Source: a virus. From it: a DNA stretch of 64,000 nucleotides. Of the stretch, positions 54,396 to 64,000 are shown piece after piece. Numbering within the stretch: position 1 is the first letter of the stretch; the number at the start of each line of letters is the position of its first letter. Where the stretch lies: the UHGV virus genome UHGV-1488776. One strand, written 5' to 3'. The translations under genes and the position numbers were made by a program. The notes below the pieces were generated by a model, which saw only the letters and a program-made list of their open reading frames with translations, made no database searches and had not been told where the DNA came from.

Positions 54396-57372
54396 TATTT
54401 AGCTCCTTTGCCACACCTAATAACAGTTCCAGCAATCCGTCACCATTCATCAGTGATGCGGCAGCGGCCTCTTTGTCATGATACAACTGAAGAGCCATAG
54501 AGAATACTTCCGTTGCTGACGTTTTGGAAATAGTCGGTGATTTCTGCCGAATTTTCCCGGAATTACTCACTGAGGCTGGCGGGTATACCTTCGCCATATA
54601 AATATTACTCAATCGAGATCTGAAGCACCATTCAGGCTTGCCACGCCCACCGATATTAACGAAAGATGGCTTATCCCCTTCAACATTGGCCTTCAGGAAT
54701 GACCGGGCTTTCTCTAACAAACCAGGGTTACTGTACTCAAGATGATGACCCAGCTCGTGCCACAGTGCACTTGCATTTTCATCGTTCAAATTGACAGCAA
54801 CAACACCATTAAGATTTGCATATGCCCTTCCCTGGTGGTGAACCACCTTTGTTAAGGTCGAAATTTTACCGCCGGTCAGGCGATAAATATCAGCAAGTTC
54901 CTTGCGCAGGTCTATCCCACCATTCTGTCCAGCGCGGGCTTCTTCCACTTCTTCCGTGATAAAAGAGTCGGCCCACTCAAGAGCTTTTTCTTCAGATACG
55001 GATGAGTTGGCGATCGCACTGTTCATGGCAGATAACACTTTCTCGTGGACCGAACCCATACTTCGCTGATTCATTTGCCAGCGTGTCTGCGGGTTATATG
55101 AGAATCGCTTAAGTAGTTGGTCAAGCTGCTCAAGTTCTTCTTCACTGACATACTTTTTAGCCTCACCAATAATGCCAGGGAGAATATTGCCGTTAGGATT
55201 AAACGCTCGCGAAAGGAAGAGTTTCAGCGCCCCCATGCCCTCCGATGCTTCAATATCACCAATAACCCGGTTAACAATGGCCGCACTCTTCGGATTAGCA
55301 TCCGCCAACGCTCTGGCTACGATTTGCAGGGACGATACGACCTCACGCTGCATATCCGTCCTGATCTCATCAATAAACTCTGGCGTTATGCCGTGCTCTT
55401 TAAGGATATCCCGGCCTTCCGCCGTTACCCCATCGATATCACCGACATGTTTATTAACACGACTTTGCAATGCCTTAAATGCCTTCAGAATTCCACGGGC
55501 ATCACCCGCTTTACTAACGGCCTTCCTGAATGCTGGCAAGAAGTCAGAGTTAACCTCATTTTGTTGATCGGCCCACTGAATGGAGGCTTCTTTCATCTCG
55601 TCCAGAGTCAGATCACCCAACGCGGTATGGTCTGTGAATATGAGCGACAACCTCTGAACCATTTCTGCCAATGGTGATGCCGAATGCGCCGCGCTAAGGA
55701 ATGCTTTCACCCTGGTTGGGCGAATGGAAAACCAGTCAATAGCTGGTGGCATATCTCCGTTTTTTATCGCCTGCGCTATCTCATCAAAGCCGTCGCGCCC
55801 AAGGGAGGATGCGTGATTTAACAATCCGCGAAGTAACGAATTGCTGATACCGAATAATCGGCACCATTTATTCACGTCGGCAACAGGCATTCGAACAAAA
55901 TGCGCAAGCACTTGTACAAGCTGTTCATCCTGGGGATCTGTACGGGAAAGCAGCCTGATCAGATGAATAATGTCTTTGATGCCGGATGCCCGATGTAATA
56001 GCAAGCTGGTATATGGAGCAACACCGTTGTAACTACCGCCGGAAACGGACTCGAAAAGACCGCCGGATATCCCTTGCATGCCTTCGTTTTCCAGTTCCTG
56101 AGACACCTGGCGAAGGATATCCTGTAACGACACATCACCACCGCCAAACATATCCCCCAGCGCCTGGCCCTGGTGCTGTAACTCATCATTGATACGTTGA
56201 GCCATCAATTTAAAGGCGGTGGCCATACGCTTCGCGCTACGGTTATTCGCGACGATGAACAACGCGAGAGCTTTCACTTCCGGGGCTGTTTCGCTGAACA
56301 TATCCCCCTGAGCAATAACATCGGTAATATGTTGGCCTGACTCCTTCGATTGCCTTACCAGGTCTACCGCATCTTTCAATGCCGCCAGCGCCTTTTTATC
56401 GAGACTATCCGCTGTCTCAATACCATCAACAATAGTTGTCACAGCCTGCTTGTGCGCTTCTCCTGATAAAGCCTGCATCTGGACAAAATCATTGGCTGCC
56501 GCATTAAGCGCCGTCAGAACATTACGCATATCCGGATCAGGTTCTTCTGCAACCATTCTTACCAAGCGCGCATCCTTATATGCCTTGGCAAAGATCGCGT
56601 TTTGTATACGGTCAACAAGTTGCCGTGTTGGTCGCCCATCTTCCGTTACAAGGCCAGCAGCCTGTGTGGCACCAACTTGCGTCATGAATCCGCGAATAAA
56701 CGCGTCATTACTGCGGCTAAGCAGATCTCCGCTTTCTGATGGGTTAAACAGCGCCATCATCGCCGGAGTTATGCTGTCGGCATCAACAAAAGCCTTTTCA
56801 CTGGCTGCCATTTCCTGGAGATCAGAAATATTTGAGTCCTTGGCAAACTGAACACGGTCAACCTTCGTTAACCGGCGGCGCACCAGTACCGGAGCCGTCA
56901 TTGATTCAACCTTTTCAGGTCGTATTCCGAATTCGGTCGCATGTTCAATCAGGTACTCCCGATACCGATCCGCATTACCGTCCTGATAGGCTTTAATGAT
57001 CCCCATGGTCCTCCCATTACCTGACTCAACGGCATTGTCCTCACCAATTATCGGCGCGCCATGGCTGGATAAACCGGAATCAGTAAGCTGAGCAGGCCGC
57101 AAATCTTTGGATATCTGGTTAACCTGAAGAAGGCTGGATGCGCGGGTCCGGTCGCGCGGTTGAAGTTCCTGGGGATAGTCAGGATTAATTTTCCCATCCA
57201 GAGTATTGGATACCAAAAGAGCTGAGGCATCGACGATATCAAACGCTGTTTTTACCTCGTCTCCCTTCGCTGTCACCACATACGAAACCCGCCCATAATC
57301 GGGCAGGTTCTTTAGCAGCTCGATCAGCGTTTCTATGCTGGTGGCCATTACCACCTGATCGCTTAAGCTCAT
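54385..57372 (-). CDS. ddrB: DdrB-like capsid antirestriction component with HExxH motif
   Basis: 995 aa; position after darA-ddrA; C-terminal ALWHELGHHLEY zincin-like motif. Confidence 0.6.
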   Translation of the reverse strand: MSLSDQVVMATSIETLIELLKNLPDYGRVSYVVTAKGDEVKTAFDIVDASALLVSNTLDGKINPDYPQELQPRDRTRASSLLQVNQISKDLRPAQLTDSGLSSHGAPIIGEDNAVESGNGRTMGIIKAYQDGNADRYREYLIEHATEFGIRPEKVESMTAPVLVRRRLTKVDRVQFAKDSNISDLQEMAASEKAFVDADSITPAMMALFNPSESGDLLSRSNDAFIRGFMTQVGATQAAGLVTEDGRPTRQLVDRIQNAIFAKAYKDARLVRMVAEEPDPDMRNVLTALNAAANDFVQMQALSGEAHKQAVTTIVDGIETADSLDKKALAALKDAVDLVRQSKESGQHITDVIAQGDMFSETAPEVKALALFIVANNRSAKRMATAFKLMAQRINDELQHQGQALGDMFGGGDVSLQDILRQVSQELENEGMQGISGGLFESVSGGSYNGVAPYTSLLLHRASGIKDIIHLIRLLSRTDPQDEQLVQVLAHFVRMPVADVNKWCRLFGISNSLLRGLLNHASSLGRDGFDEIAQAIKNGDMPPAIDWFSIRPTRVKAFLSAAHSASPLAEMVQRLSLIFTDHTALGDLTLDEMKEASIQWADQQNEVNSDFLPAFRKAVSKAGDARGILKAFKALQSRVNKHVGDIDGVTAEGRDILKEHGITPEFIDEIRTDMQREVVSSLQIVARALADANPKSAAIVNRVIGDIEASEGMGALKLFLSRAFNPNGNILPGIIGEAKKYVSEEELEQLDQLLKRFSYNPQTRWQMNQRSMGSVHEKVLSAMNSAIANSSVSEEKALEWADSFITEEVEEARAGQNGGIDLRKELADIYRLTGGKISTLTKVVHHQGRAYANLNGVVAVNLNDENASALWHELGHHLEYSNPGLLEKARSFLKANVEGDKPSFVNIGGRGKPEWCFRSRLSNIYMAKVYPPASVSNSGKIRQKSPTISKTSATEVFSMALQLYHDKEAAAASLMNGDGLLELLLGVAKELNNAD

Positions 57373-57384
57373 CCCTGTTACGCC

Positions 57385-57750
57385 TTATGCTGCCTCTTTA
57401 ATGTTGGCGGCTATCCATGCCGCCGTGTGCTGTTTAACCTGGTCCAGGTCGATGTATGTGCCAACATATTGATTCAAATCCTGCAAGGTACCGATAAATG
57501 CATCGGTGCTCTGATCGACGAATTTATCAGCCAGGAAATCAGCAACCAGTTTTGGCACACCATCATGTTCCGAAGGTTGTTTTTCCTCGCCACTACCACC
57601 GCCGGACGCGCCGTACCCCATCTGTTGCATGATCTGGTCAATTTCATCGCTGATATCCAGCAACTCCATACCACTCGCGGTAGCCGCTTTGGACATCAGA
57701 GCATCCAACTTATCGCTGAGATCCATTAACTCAATAGCTGATAGTGTCAT
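57385..57750 (-). CDS. ddrA: DdrA-like small acidic protein
   Basis: 121 aa; start overlaps darA stop. Confidence 0.5.
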   Translation of the reverse strand: MTLSAIELMDLSDKLDALMSKAATASGMELLDISDEIDQIMQQMGYGASGGGSGEEKQPSEHDGVPKLVADFLADKFVDQSTDAFIGTLQDLNQYVGTYIDLDQVKQHTAAWIAANIKEAA

Positions 57751-59666
57751 GCCGCTACCCCCGCTTTCTGGATTGCTACCAACAGATCAGCCAGGTGGCG
57801 AGCTGCGCCGTTAACCAGCTCTTCGTTTTCCTCAAAACGTCCGGCAGCCTGAAGGGCTGCAATCGCTTCCCGGACATTGCCCCGGGCGTTACGGATCTCC
57901 GCCATGTCAGTGCTTTGCATATCCATCACGTTATTGAGATATTCAATGGCTTTATTAGCCTCTGCATCTGCTTCGCTAACCGTTTCATCAGGCTGTGCCG
58001 GGGCCGGTTCTGGCTGAGTAATCTCACCGACTTCGGCCTGCAATGCATTGATCATGCTCTGCACCATTTTCTCGGTGCCAGCGCCCCCAGGAAACGCAAT
58101 ATTGGGGAAAGTTTTTTGAAACTGAGTTTTCAGCATTACGCAGAACTCGTCTGGTGAGCTGGTGGCCAGCTCCAGAGCTTTTTGTGCATATTTGCCAAAC
58201 GGACCATTAGTAAGTGTCTTCGCCAGGAAATCGAAAGAATCCTCGCGAGGCAATAACTTCAGGTCGTACTCACTCATTTGCTGATCAGAAAGCGGGGTAT
58301 CGTAAGTAGCAATGCCGTAGCGTGCATATTCATAATACGGGTCACCTTCATCAGGGCGCGGCAGAATTGCTTTGTTACCTTCAGGTATTGCGCCAGGGGC
58401 CGCCGGACGCATTTGCAGGGCATATCGATATGCACCTACAGAGACTTCTGGTTCAGGCGAAGAGCTACCGGTATCCTCCGCTGGTTCAGGTTCGACGTTT
58501 TCCGGTTTATGTTCTTCTGGTTGGACCAGGTATTCCGATACATTACCCGCTTTATAGGCTTTAAACAGCTTGCCGATCGCATCTGCCATGTCCACACCCT
58601 GTATGGATTTAGCCTTGATCATGTATACGCTGCCATCCGGATCGGTTAACTGGATATACCCTTCGCCGTCCCCAATGAATTGCTTCATTGATGCACCATT
58701 ACTGAGCGTCGCTTCCCCGTCCATATGCATACGATTTTTGATACTGGCAAGGCGATCCGTCAGCGCGCGAGAGTGCCCACCAGTCATCCCCGCAGGGGCA
58801 ATGGTATCGCGCCCACCAGTGCGATTGAGCCGATCAATCTCCCCCTGCAAACGCTCATTCTCTTCATAAAGAGAATCCGCTTCCGATGCAACAGCGTTAA
58901 TTTTCTGCTCCAGATCTGCCTTCTGCCCTTCTACCGCTGCCACCTGATCCGCGAGGTCGCTCATGGCGTCCTCTTTCTGGTCACTGTCAGCCTGTAGTTG
59001 GGTTATTTCATCAACAAGGGCTTTTTTCTTCTTCTGCGCACGCTGGAATTTTGCCGAGTTTTTCTCTGCAAGGTTGGCAAGTTTCATGGTGACCTGCGCC
59101 AGCGTCATATCACGTCCACTCATCGGAGCAACGGTGTGAGTAACGTCTTTTTTATTCAGTAAGAACTGGAAAGCAACCAGCGTATCGCTATTGGTGATCC
59201 GGTTTTCCGCTGTCGGGCTATGAAACAGAATGCTGATAGTCTGACCATCACTGAGCGGAATAATGGCTGGCAGGACCGGCAGCCCGTTAACGTTACGTGC
59301 CCGGCCAATTTCAGCCCCGCCGATCGCGCGTGCACCGTTCTGGGCCACATCCCCCGTTTTATCACTCCCCGCAGAGATTCCGGTACCATTCAGCTTCTGG
59401 TTCAATGCCCGGACAAATGCCTGCATGGTCCGGTGTAACTGCAAACGAGTAGAACTAATCGCCTCCAGTAAATCCGTAGCACACCAGTGGATTGGCGTGT
59501 CATAGAAGAACGTAGCCTCGATTTCCTCCAGGGTGTTGGATTCCGTCATCAGATAGCGGTCCTCACCGGCCATTAATGCGCGATATTCATCATCAGTCAC
59601 TGGCGGGGGAAGCACGTCAAGCCCAGGCTTGATCGTCACCCCTTTATTGATATTGAACTGTTCCAT
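57747..59666 (-). CDS. darA: DarA-like internal head protein (defence against restriction)
   Basis: 639 aa; central coiled coil; shares KNSAKFQ segment with upstream Hdf-like protein. Confidence 0.65.
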   Translation of the reverse strand: MEQFNINKGVTIKPGLDVLPPPVTDDEYRALMAGEDRYLMTESNTLEEIEATFFYDTPIHWCATDLLEAISSTRLQLHRTMQAFVRALNQKLNGTGISAGSDKTGDVAQNGARAIGGAEIGRARNVNGLPVLPAIIPLSDGQTISILFHSPTAENRITNSDTLVAFQFLLNKKDVTHTVAPMSGRDMTLAQVTMKLANLAEKNSAKFQRAQKKKKALVDEITQLQADSDQKEDAMSDLADQVAAVEGQKADLEQKINAVASEADSLYEENERLQGEIDRLNRTGGRDTIAPAGMTGGHSRALTDRLASIKNRMHMDGEATLSNGASMKQFIGDGEGYIQLTDPDGSVYMIKAKSIQGVDMADAIGKLFKAYKAGNVSEYLVQPEEHKPENVEPEPAEDTGSSSPEPEVSVGAYRYALQMRPAAPGAIPEGNKAILPRPDEGDPYYEYARYGIATYDTPLSDQQMSEYDLKLLPREDSFDFLAKTLTNGPFGKYAQKALELATSSPDEFCVMLKTQFQKTFPNIAFPGGAGTEKMVQSMINALQAEVGEITQPEPAPAQPDETVSEADAEANKAIEYLNNVMDMQSTDMAEIRNARGNVREAIAALQAAGRFEENEELVNGAARHLADLLVAIQKAGVAA

Positions 59667-59667
59667 G

Positions 59668-60279
59668 TTAATTTCCTGCTTTCAGTTGCTTAAGACGGCG
59701 TTTGAGTTCGCCATTTCGGGCCTTTTCGTTATTGAGTCGGCCTGTCTCCTTATCCAGCTTCGCCCGCAAATCAGTGATCTGCTGTTGATTGAAAGACACC
59801 GAGTTCTGCGCTGATTTATAAGCGGCAACCACCTGAGCATTCCGCTGTTTTGCCTCTTGCAGGCGCTGAAAGTTGGATTTTACTGCCGGTTTCTTGTCTA
59901 CCGGATTGGCAACACGTTTCGCTTTGGCGATCAGTGATTTCTGGAATTTTGCGGAGTTTTTGCGGGCCGCTTGCCCCATGACGGTACCAAGCGTCTTGAT
60001 ATCCGGCGACTGAGCGTTAGGAATAGCTTTTCCATTCAGCCTCACAGACGATATATCGCCAGTATCGTTTACCTGTATGGCAAGAATTTGTCCGTCGTTA
60101 AGAACCAGCTTTGCGGTTTTAACTTTAACGCCATCTTTCGTTGTTGCGCGGTTGCTGGAGTCAACCTCAATTACCGTAACACCGGTTTTATTGATCGCCG
60201 CGATAAGGGATTTCAGCCCCTTTTCATTAACCTGGTCAAAATCGACCGTTGCATACTTATTTTTCGTCATCTGACACAT
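59668..60279 (-). CDS. hdf: Hdf-like protein (homologue of DarA fragment)
   Basis: 203 aa; KNSAKFQ and coiled-coil segment similar to DarA; directly upstream of darA. Confidence 0.55.
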   Translation of the reverse strand: MCQMTKNKYATVDFDQVNEKGLKSLIAAINKTGVTVIEVDSSNRATTKDGVKVKTAKLVLNDGQILAIQVNDTGDISSVRLNGKAIPNAQSPDIKTLGTVMGQAARKNSAKFQKSLIAKAKRVANPVDKKPAVKSNFQRLQEAKQRNAQVVAAYKSAQNSVSFNQQQITDLRAKLDKETGRLNNEKARNGELKRRLKQLKAGN

Positions 60280-60700
60280 CCTGTGCGAGATTTATTACGT
60301 AACTTCTGCGGATTTGCTGAGTAACAGGGAAAATCCGATACAACGGGTTAATGAACGAGTCGCCATGCGTAACCATGACGTTGAAATGCCACAGTCGCTC
60401 TCCTTTACCCATATATTCAGTGGGTATGTACAACCATTCACTGTTTTCGCCCTGTTCAGCCGACGTCAAACAACGTTGTTCGCCTTCAATCACTGTCGTC
60501 GGCTTCTGAACATCGCGGATCCAATATCTGACCGTTGCGCCGCGCAAAAACGGGAATTTAGACCGGTATTTGAACGGCACCCGGATGAAACCCGGTTTAA
60601 TTTCCACATCACCAAGTTCTAAATGCGTGATGTCCTTGCGTTTTAGCAAATAGCGATCGGCTAAGGCTAACGCAAGAACGCATACACCCCAGCCAATCAT
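60257..60700 (-). CDS. lydB: antiholin-like protein
   Basis: 147 aa; directly downstream of holin-like gene with 4-nt overlap. Confidence 0.5.
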   Translation of the reverse strand: MIGWGVCVLALALADRYLLKRKDITHLELGDVEIKPGFIRVPFKYRSKFPFLRGATVRYWIRDVQKPTTVIEGEQRCLTSAEQGENSEWLYIPTEYMGKGERLWHFNVMVTHGDSFINPLYRIFPVTQQIRRSYVINLAQDVSDDEK

Positions 60701-61026
60701 TTCCCGCCTCCCTTTTTCACCAAACTTGTAAGAACATTCAGAATGCTATCGATATTCACTCGTTTCATCCCTGAAATCACCTCATGACCGTTATTGCTGG
60801 CTATCGTTACCATTAAGTACGTAATTGATAACTCCCAGCCCTCGTGTTGCCCCAATAGGTACGCCACCGCGCCAGCTGTCACTGCAACAAAGATCTCCGT
60901 AACCAATCCCAACAAATTGCCAGACTGGCGACCGTCTCGGACATCCATCAGGAACGTGCCTATCCCACCAATTACTGAAAGCAGGAGCGCAATAGCAACT
61001 GGAGCTAATTCCTGTGTGTCAAGCAC
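60697..61026 (-). CDS. lydA: holin
   Basis: 109 aa; three predicted TM segments and basic C-terminus KKGGGK. Confidence 0.6.
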   Translation of the reverse strand: MLDTQELAPVAIALLLSVIGGIGTFLMDVRDGRQSGNLLGLVTEIFVAVTAGAVAYLLGQHEGWELSITYLMVTIASNNGHEVISGMKRVNIDSILNVLTSLVKKGGGK

Positions 61027-61100
61027 AAGTTCCCTCCTACGTTGTCAGGAGGTAATGGTATGCAAAGTAACTTCTCAACCGGTTATGTTGCATAAGAGAC

Positions 61101-61364
61101 TTACCTATTCAACCGACTTTTGGAACCTTCAATAATAAGCCTGCTATTGGCGCTGAAAATAAGAACCATGCAGCTCTGAAGGCTTTCATTCATATCCTTA
61201 TATTCCGCGAGATACATGCCAATAAAGCCAGCAAGTACGGCGGAAATACATTCGTCCAGCAATTTCTTGCATGAAGACTCGTAACGGTTTTCACATAGCC
61301 CACTCAAATACGAATACACCCCACCAAGAAGGGATAACATCACGATATGTACATAAAATGTCAT
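61101..61364 (-). CDS. small membrane protein, first gene of lyd/dar operon
   Basis: 87 aa with two hydrophobic segments. Confidence 0.4.
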   Translation of the reverse strand: MTFYVHIVMLSLLGGVYSYLSGLCENRYESSCKKLLDECISAVLAGFIGMYLAEYKDMNESLQSCMVLIFSANSRLIIEGSKSRLNR

Positions 61365-61799
61365 TTTTTACCTATACAACAGTAAGTTGAACAACATTTG
61401 AGAACGGTATGCACTTTGTGATTTCCACACACACTGGTTTTGTTAATTAAAACCTGTGGCTTGCAATAAATAACGATAGTGGGCAAAAAATATGCTAATA
61501 GGCTATGTACGCATATAGACAAATGAACAAAACACAGCTATGCAGTGAAAAGCACTTGAAAGCGCAGGATGTGAGCTAATTTTTGCGAATAAGGCGAGCA
61601 GCAAAAAGGCTGGGCACCCTGGGTTAAAAAAGGTTCTGCGTATGCTTTCCAGAGGTGATACCCTAGTCTCGGACTAGGGACAACATTTCGAGAACAGTTT
61701 TCATTAGCGGTCAGCAGGCGCTAGATACATCGAATTGATGTGCCGCGCGATAAATGTACCTATTCTATCATGATAAATTACACCGACGCGGCATTAGAA

Positions 61800-62372
61800 T
61801 TACAGCTCAGATTGAGTTTGGCGCTTCTCTACAGGATGATAACGATAAATCGTCGATACACCGATATCGTAAATAATTGCCAACTGTTTCCTGCTGTAGC
61901 CATTTTCGATCAACCTCGCTATTTGCTCATGTTGTTCTTTTGTCAACTTCGGGCGACGTCCGCCAATGCGTCCCTGTTCGCGTGCAGCTGCCAGTCCGGC
62001 CAGTGTTCTCTCAACAATTAATTCACGTTCCATTTCTGCTAAAGCACCCATGACATGAAAAAAGAAACGCCCCATGGGTGTTGATGTGTCAATACTGTCT
62101 GTCAGACTACGGAAATTAACACCTTTTTCCCGCAACTCCTCTATAAGCGTGATAAGGTGTTTCATACTTCTGCCAAGCCTATCCAGCTTCCAGACAACCA
62201 GCGTATCTCCTTCTGATAACGTTCTGAGCAGCTTTTTCAAGCCTGGTCTGGCTGACTTTGTTCCGCTTATTTTATCTTCAAAAATCAGTTCACATCCTGC
62301 GCAGTTCAGTGCATTTCTTTGTAAATCTGTGTTTTGGTCATTTGTTGACACACGAATGTAGCCAATTTGCAT
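61800..62372 (-). CDS. cin: Cin-family serine DNA invertase
   Basis: 190 aa from MQIGYIRVSTNDQ; resolvase catalytic domain plus C-terminal HTH. Confidence 0.9.
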   Translation of the reverse strand: MQIGYIRVSTNDQNTDLQRNALNCAGCELIFEDKISGTKSARPGLKKLLRTLSEGDTLVVWKLDRLGRSMKHLITLIEELREKGVNFRSLTDSIDTSTPMGRFFFHVMGALAEMERELIVERTLAGLAAAREQGRIGGRRPKLTKEQHEQIARLIENGYSRKQLAIIYDIGVSTIYRYHPVEKRQTQSEL

Positions 62373-62433
62373 GAAAAACAACCTCTTTGTTTAGTTAAAA
62401 ATACATCGTTGGTATAGGTAGGGATTAAGACTA

Positions 62434-62452
62434 AAACGTTGGTTTGGGGGAA
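62434..62452. other. cix-like crossover site 1
   Basis: AAACGTTGGTTTGGGGGAA; complement TTCCCCCAAACC matches invertase half-site family; 60 nt from cin start. Confidence 0.55.
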
Positions 62453-62920
62453 GGCTCTGCATTGCCTGTTGGCGTACCTGTTCCGTGGCCCTCAGCCACT
62501 CCGCCAACAGGCTGGCTAAAATGCAACGGAGCAGCATTTTCTTCTGAAATGTACCCCAGGCTGGCAAAGGCTTATCCCACCAATAAATTACCGGATTTAC
62601 GGGGAGAATTTATTCGCGGCTGGGATGATGGGCGCGGGGTGGATGCGGGACGTGCTTTATTGAGCATTCAGACAGGAATGCTGGAAAAGCACCGACATAT
62701 TGTTGTAGCCAATGATGGTTACGACACAAAAGATGAATGGGAGCTGGCGACAATTTTCAAAAAAACATACACACAAGGACGGGGGCTTGATGCCTCAAAT
62801 ACAGGAGGGAATTTGATTCCATCACCGACACTTCATTCTCGAGGGAGTATTGGTAATACTGGCGGGAGTGAAACCCGTCCACGAAATATCGCATTTAATT
62901 ACATCGTAAGGGCGGCATAA
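62444..62920 (+). CDS. tail-fibre C-terminal cassette 1 (tail-collar domain; no own ATG)
   Basis: Conserved GEGSALPVGVPVPWPSATPPTGWLKCNG ... LPDLRGEFIRGWDD head, variable middle, RPRNIAFNYIVRAA end; begins inside cix-like site. Confidence 0.6.
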   Translation: MGEGSALPVGVPVPWPSATPPTGWLKCNGAAFSSEMYPRLAKAYPTNKLPDLRGEFIRGWDDGRGVDAGRALLSIQTGMLEKHRHIVVANDGYDTKDEWELATIFKKTYTQGRGLDASNTGGNLIPSPTLHSRGSIGNTGGSETRPRNIAFNYIVRAA

Positions 62921-62939
62921 AAACGTTGGTTTGGGGGAA
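62921..62939. other. cix-like crossover site 2
   Basis: Identical 19-mer AAACGTTGGTTTGGGGGAA. Confidence 0.55.
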
Positions 62940-63392
62940 GGCTCTGCATTGCCTGTTGGTGTGCCCGTTCCGTGGCCCTCAGCCACACCACCAACGGGCT
63001 GGCTGAAATGTAACGGAGCAGCATTTTCTTCTGAAATGTACCCCAGGCTGGCAAAGGCTTATCCGACCAATAAATTACCGGATTTACGGGGCGAATTTAT
63101 CCGTGGCTGGGATGACGGACGAGGTATTGATGCAGGACGAGAGATACTTTCATTTCAGGAAGGCACTATCGTCTCCGGTTTTGATGATAATGATACTGGG
63201 GATATCAGTTCACTCAGCTCAACACAATACGGATTTGGTGACACTTTAACCTCTAATCAATGGGGGGCCATAAATGGCAAAAAGTGGATATTTGATGCAT
63301 CCAGTAAAGGTGCCAAAAAATATGACTGGTGGGCTTATGTATCAGCTCGCCCCCGTAATATTGCATTTAATTACATCGTAAGAGCGGCATAG
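62931..63392 (+). CDS. tail-fibre C-terminal cassette 2
   Basis: Same conserved head and RPRNIAFNYIVRAA end; different variable core. Confidence 0.6.
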   Translation: MGEGSALPVGVPVPWPSATPPTGWLKCNGAAFSSEMYPRLAKAYPTNKLPDLRGEFIRGWDDGRGIDAGREILSFQEGTIVSGFDDNDTGDISSLSSTQYGFGDTLTSNQWGAINGKKWIFDASSKGAKKYDWWAYVSARPRNIAFNYIVRAA

Positions 63393-63411
63393 AAACGTTG
63401 GTTTAGGGGAA
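63393..63411. other. cix-like crossover site 3
   Basis: AAACGTTGGTTTAGGGGAA (1 mismatch). Confidence 0.5.
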
Positions 63412-63906
63412 GGCTCGGCACTGCCCGTTGGTGTACCTGTTCCGTGGCCCTCCGCCACACCACCAACGGGGTGGCTGAAATGTAACGGAGCAGCATTTTC
63501 TTCTGAAAAGTACCCAAATCTGGCAAAGGTTTACCCAACGTTAAAATTACCTGATTTACGCGGTGAGTTTATCCGTGGTTGGGATGATTCGAGAGGGATT
63601 GATACAGGGCGTTCATTGCTAAGTGGTCAGACTGCAACATTTATTCGTACAGCTTTGCAGGATTATTACGGTGTCGATCTGACTACTAATGTCAAAGTAG
63701 GTATCGCTTATGCTACTGCTGATTCTGTTATAACTGTTGGAAACCCTGCTAATCCTAAAGCAGGAGATAATAGCGATTATGTTCCAGCATCATCAGATAA
63801 CTCCATAACAGGCACTCAAAGGACGGCAGAGGATAATTTTACCGGGGCATGGATATCAATGCGCCCCCGCAACGTTGCTTTTAATTACATTGTAAGGGCC
63901 ACATAA
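63403..63906 (+). CDS. tail-fibre C-terminal cassette 3
   Basis: Frame LGEGSALPVGVPVPWP ... RPRNVAFNYIVRAT opens at the cix-like site with no start codon; ORF track only shows the part from 63616. Confidence 0.55.
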   Translation, partial: LGEGSALPVGVPVPWPSATPPTGWLKCNGAAFSSEKYPNLAKVYPTLKLPDLRGEFIRGWDDSRGIDTGRSLLSGQTATFIRTALQDYYGVDLTTNVKVGIAYATADSVITVGNPANPKAGDNSDYVPASSDNSITGTQRTAEDNFTGAWISMRPRNVAFNYIVRAT

Positions 63907-63923
63907 AAACGTTGGTTTGGGGG
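63905..63923. other. cix-like crossover site 4
   Basis: AAACGTTGGTTTGGGGGAA. Confidence 0.55.
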
Positions 63924-64000
63924 AAGGCTCTGCGCTGCCCGTTGGTGTGCCTGTTCCGTGGCCCTCAGCCACACCGCCAGCAGGGTGGCTGAAATGTAAC
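63915..64000 (+). CDS. tail-fibre C-terminal cassette 4 (truncated by window edge)
   Basis: Same conserved head sequence continuing to window end. Confidence 0.5.

Noticed and set aside
62434-64000. CRISPR-like appearance of the regularly repeated blocks after cin
   Set aside because: Repeat period is about 480-510 bp with coding variable cores and long conserved blocks, not 25-40-bp repeats with short spacers; no cas genes.

Overview
This 64-kb window reads as one contiguous piece of a P1-like temperate phage-plasmid (P1/P7 family), identified from the sequence itself rather than any search. Anchors: a canonical loxP site (36914-36947) beside a 343-aa Cre; C1 repressor and Coi; pacA carrying 4+3 TGATCA/G hexamers; PacB terminase; Phd/Doc; HumD behind a LexA box; Ban (DnaB-like) with Dbn; the fused Dmt methyltransferase followed by tRNA-Asn, tRNA-Thr and tRNA-Ile; a 2255-aa DarB-like methyltransferase-helicase; portal and prohead protease; SAR-type endolysin Lyz; Ssb; the lydA-lydB-hdf-darA-ddrA-ddrB block; and Cin invertase. 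About ten 17-mers matching the C1 operator consensus ATTGCTCTAATAAATTT sit at operon boundaries. Four things depart from the P1 layout as I remember it and are the best candidates for something new: (1) no type III res/mod and no IS element between mat and darB, but an AT-rich GNAT acetyltransferase gene instead; (2) at least four tandem tail-fibre C-terminal cassettes, each fronted by a cix-like site, next to cin; (3) a five-member family of long hairpin repeats bracketing the tRNA-Asn/Thr pair; (4) an AT-rich, low-coding island at 27.5-28.6 kb with a 45-aa hydrophobic peptide ORF. No rRNA, CRISPR array or insertion sequence was recognised. Gene symbols are assigned from motifs, synteny and memory of P1; coordinates of small ORFs and RNA structures were worked out by hand and should be re-derived computationally.
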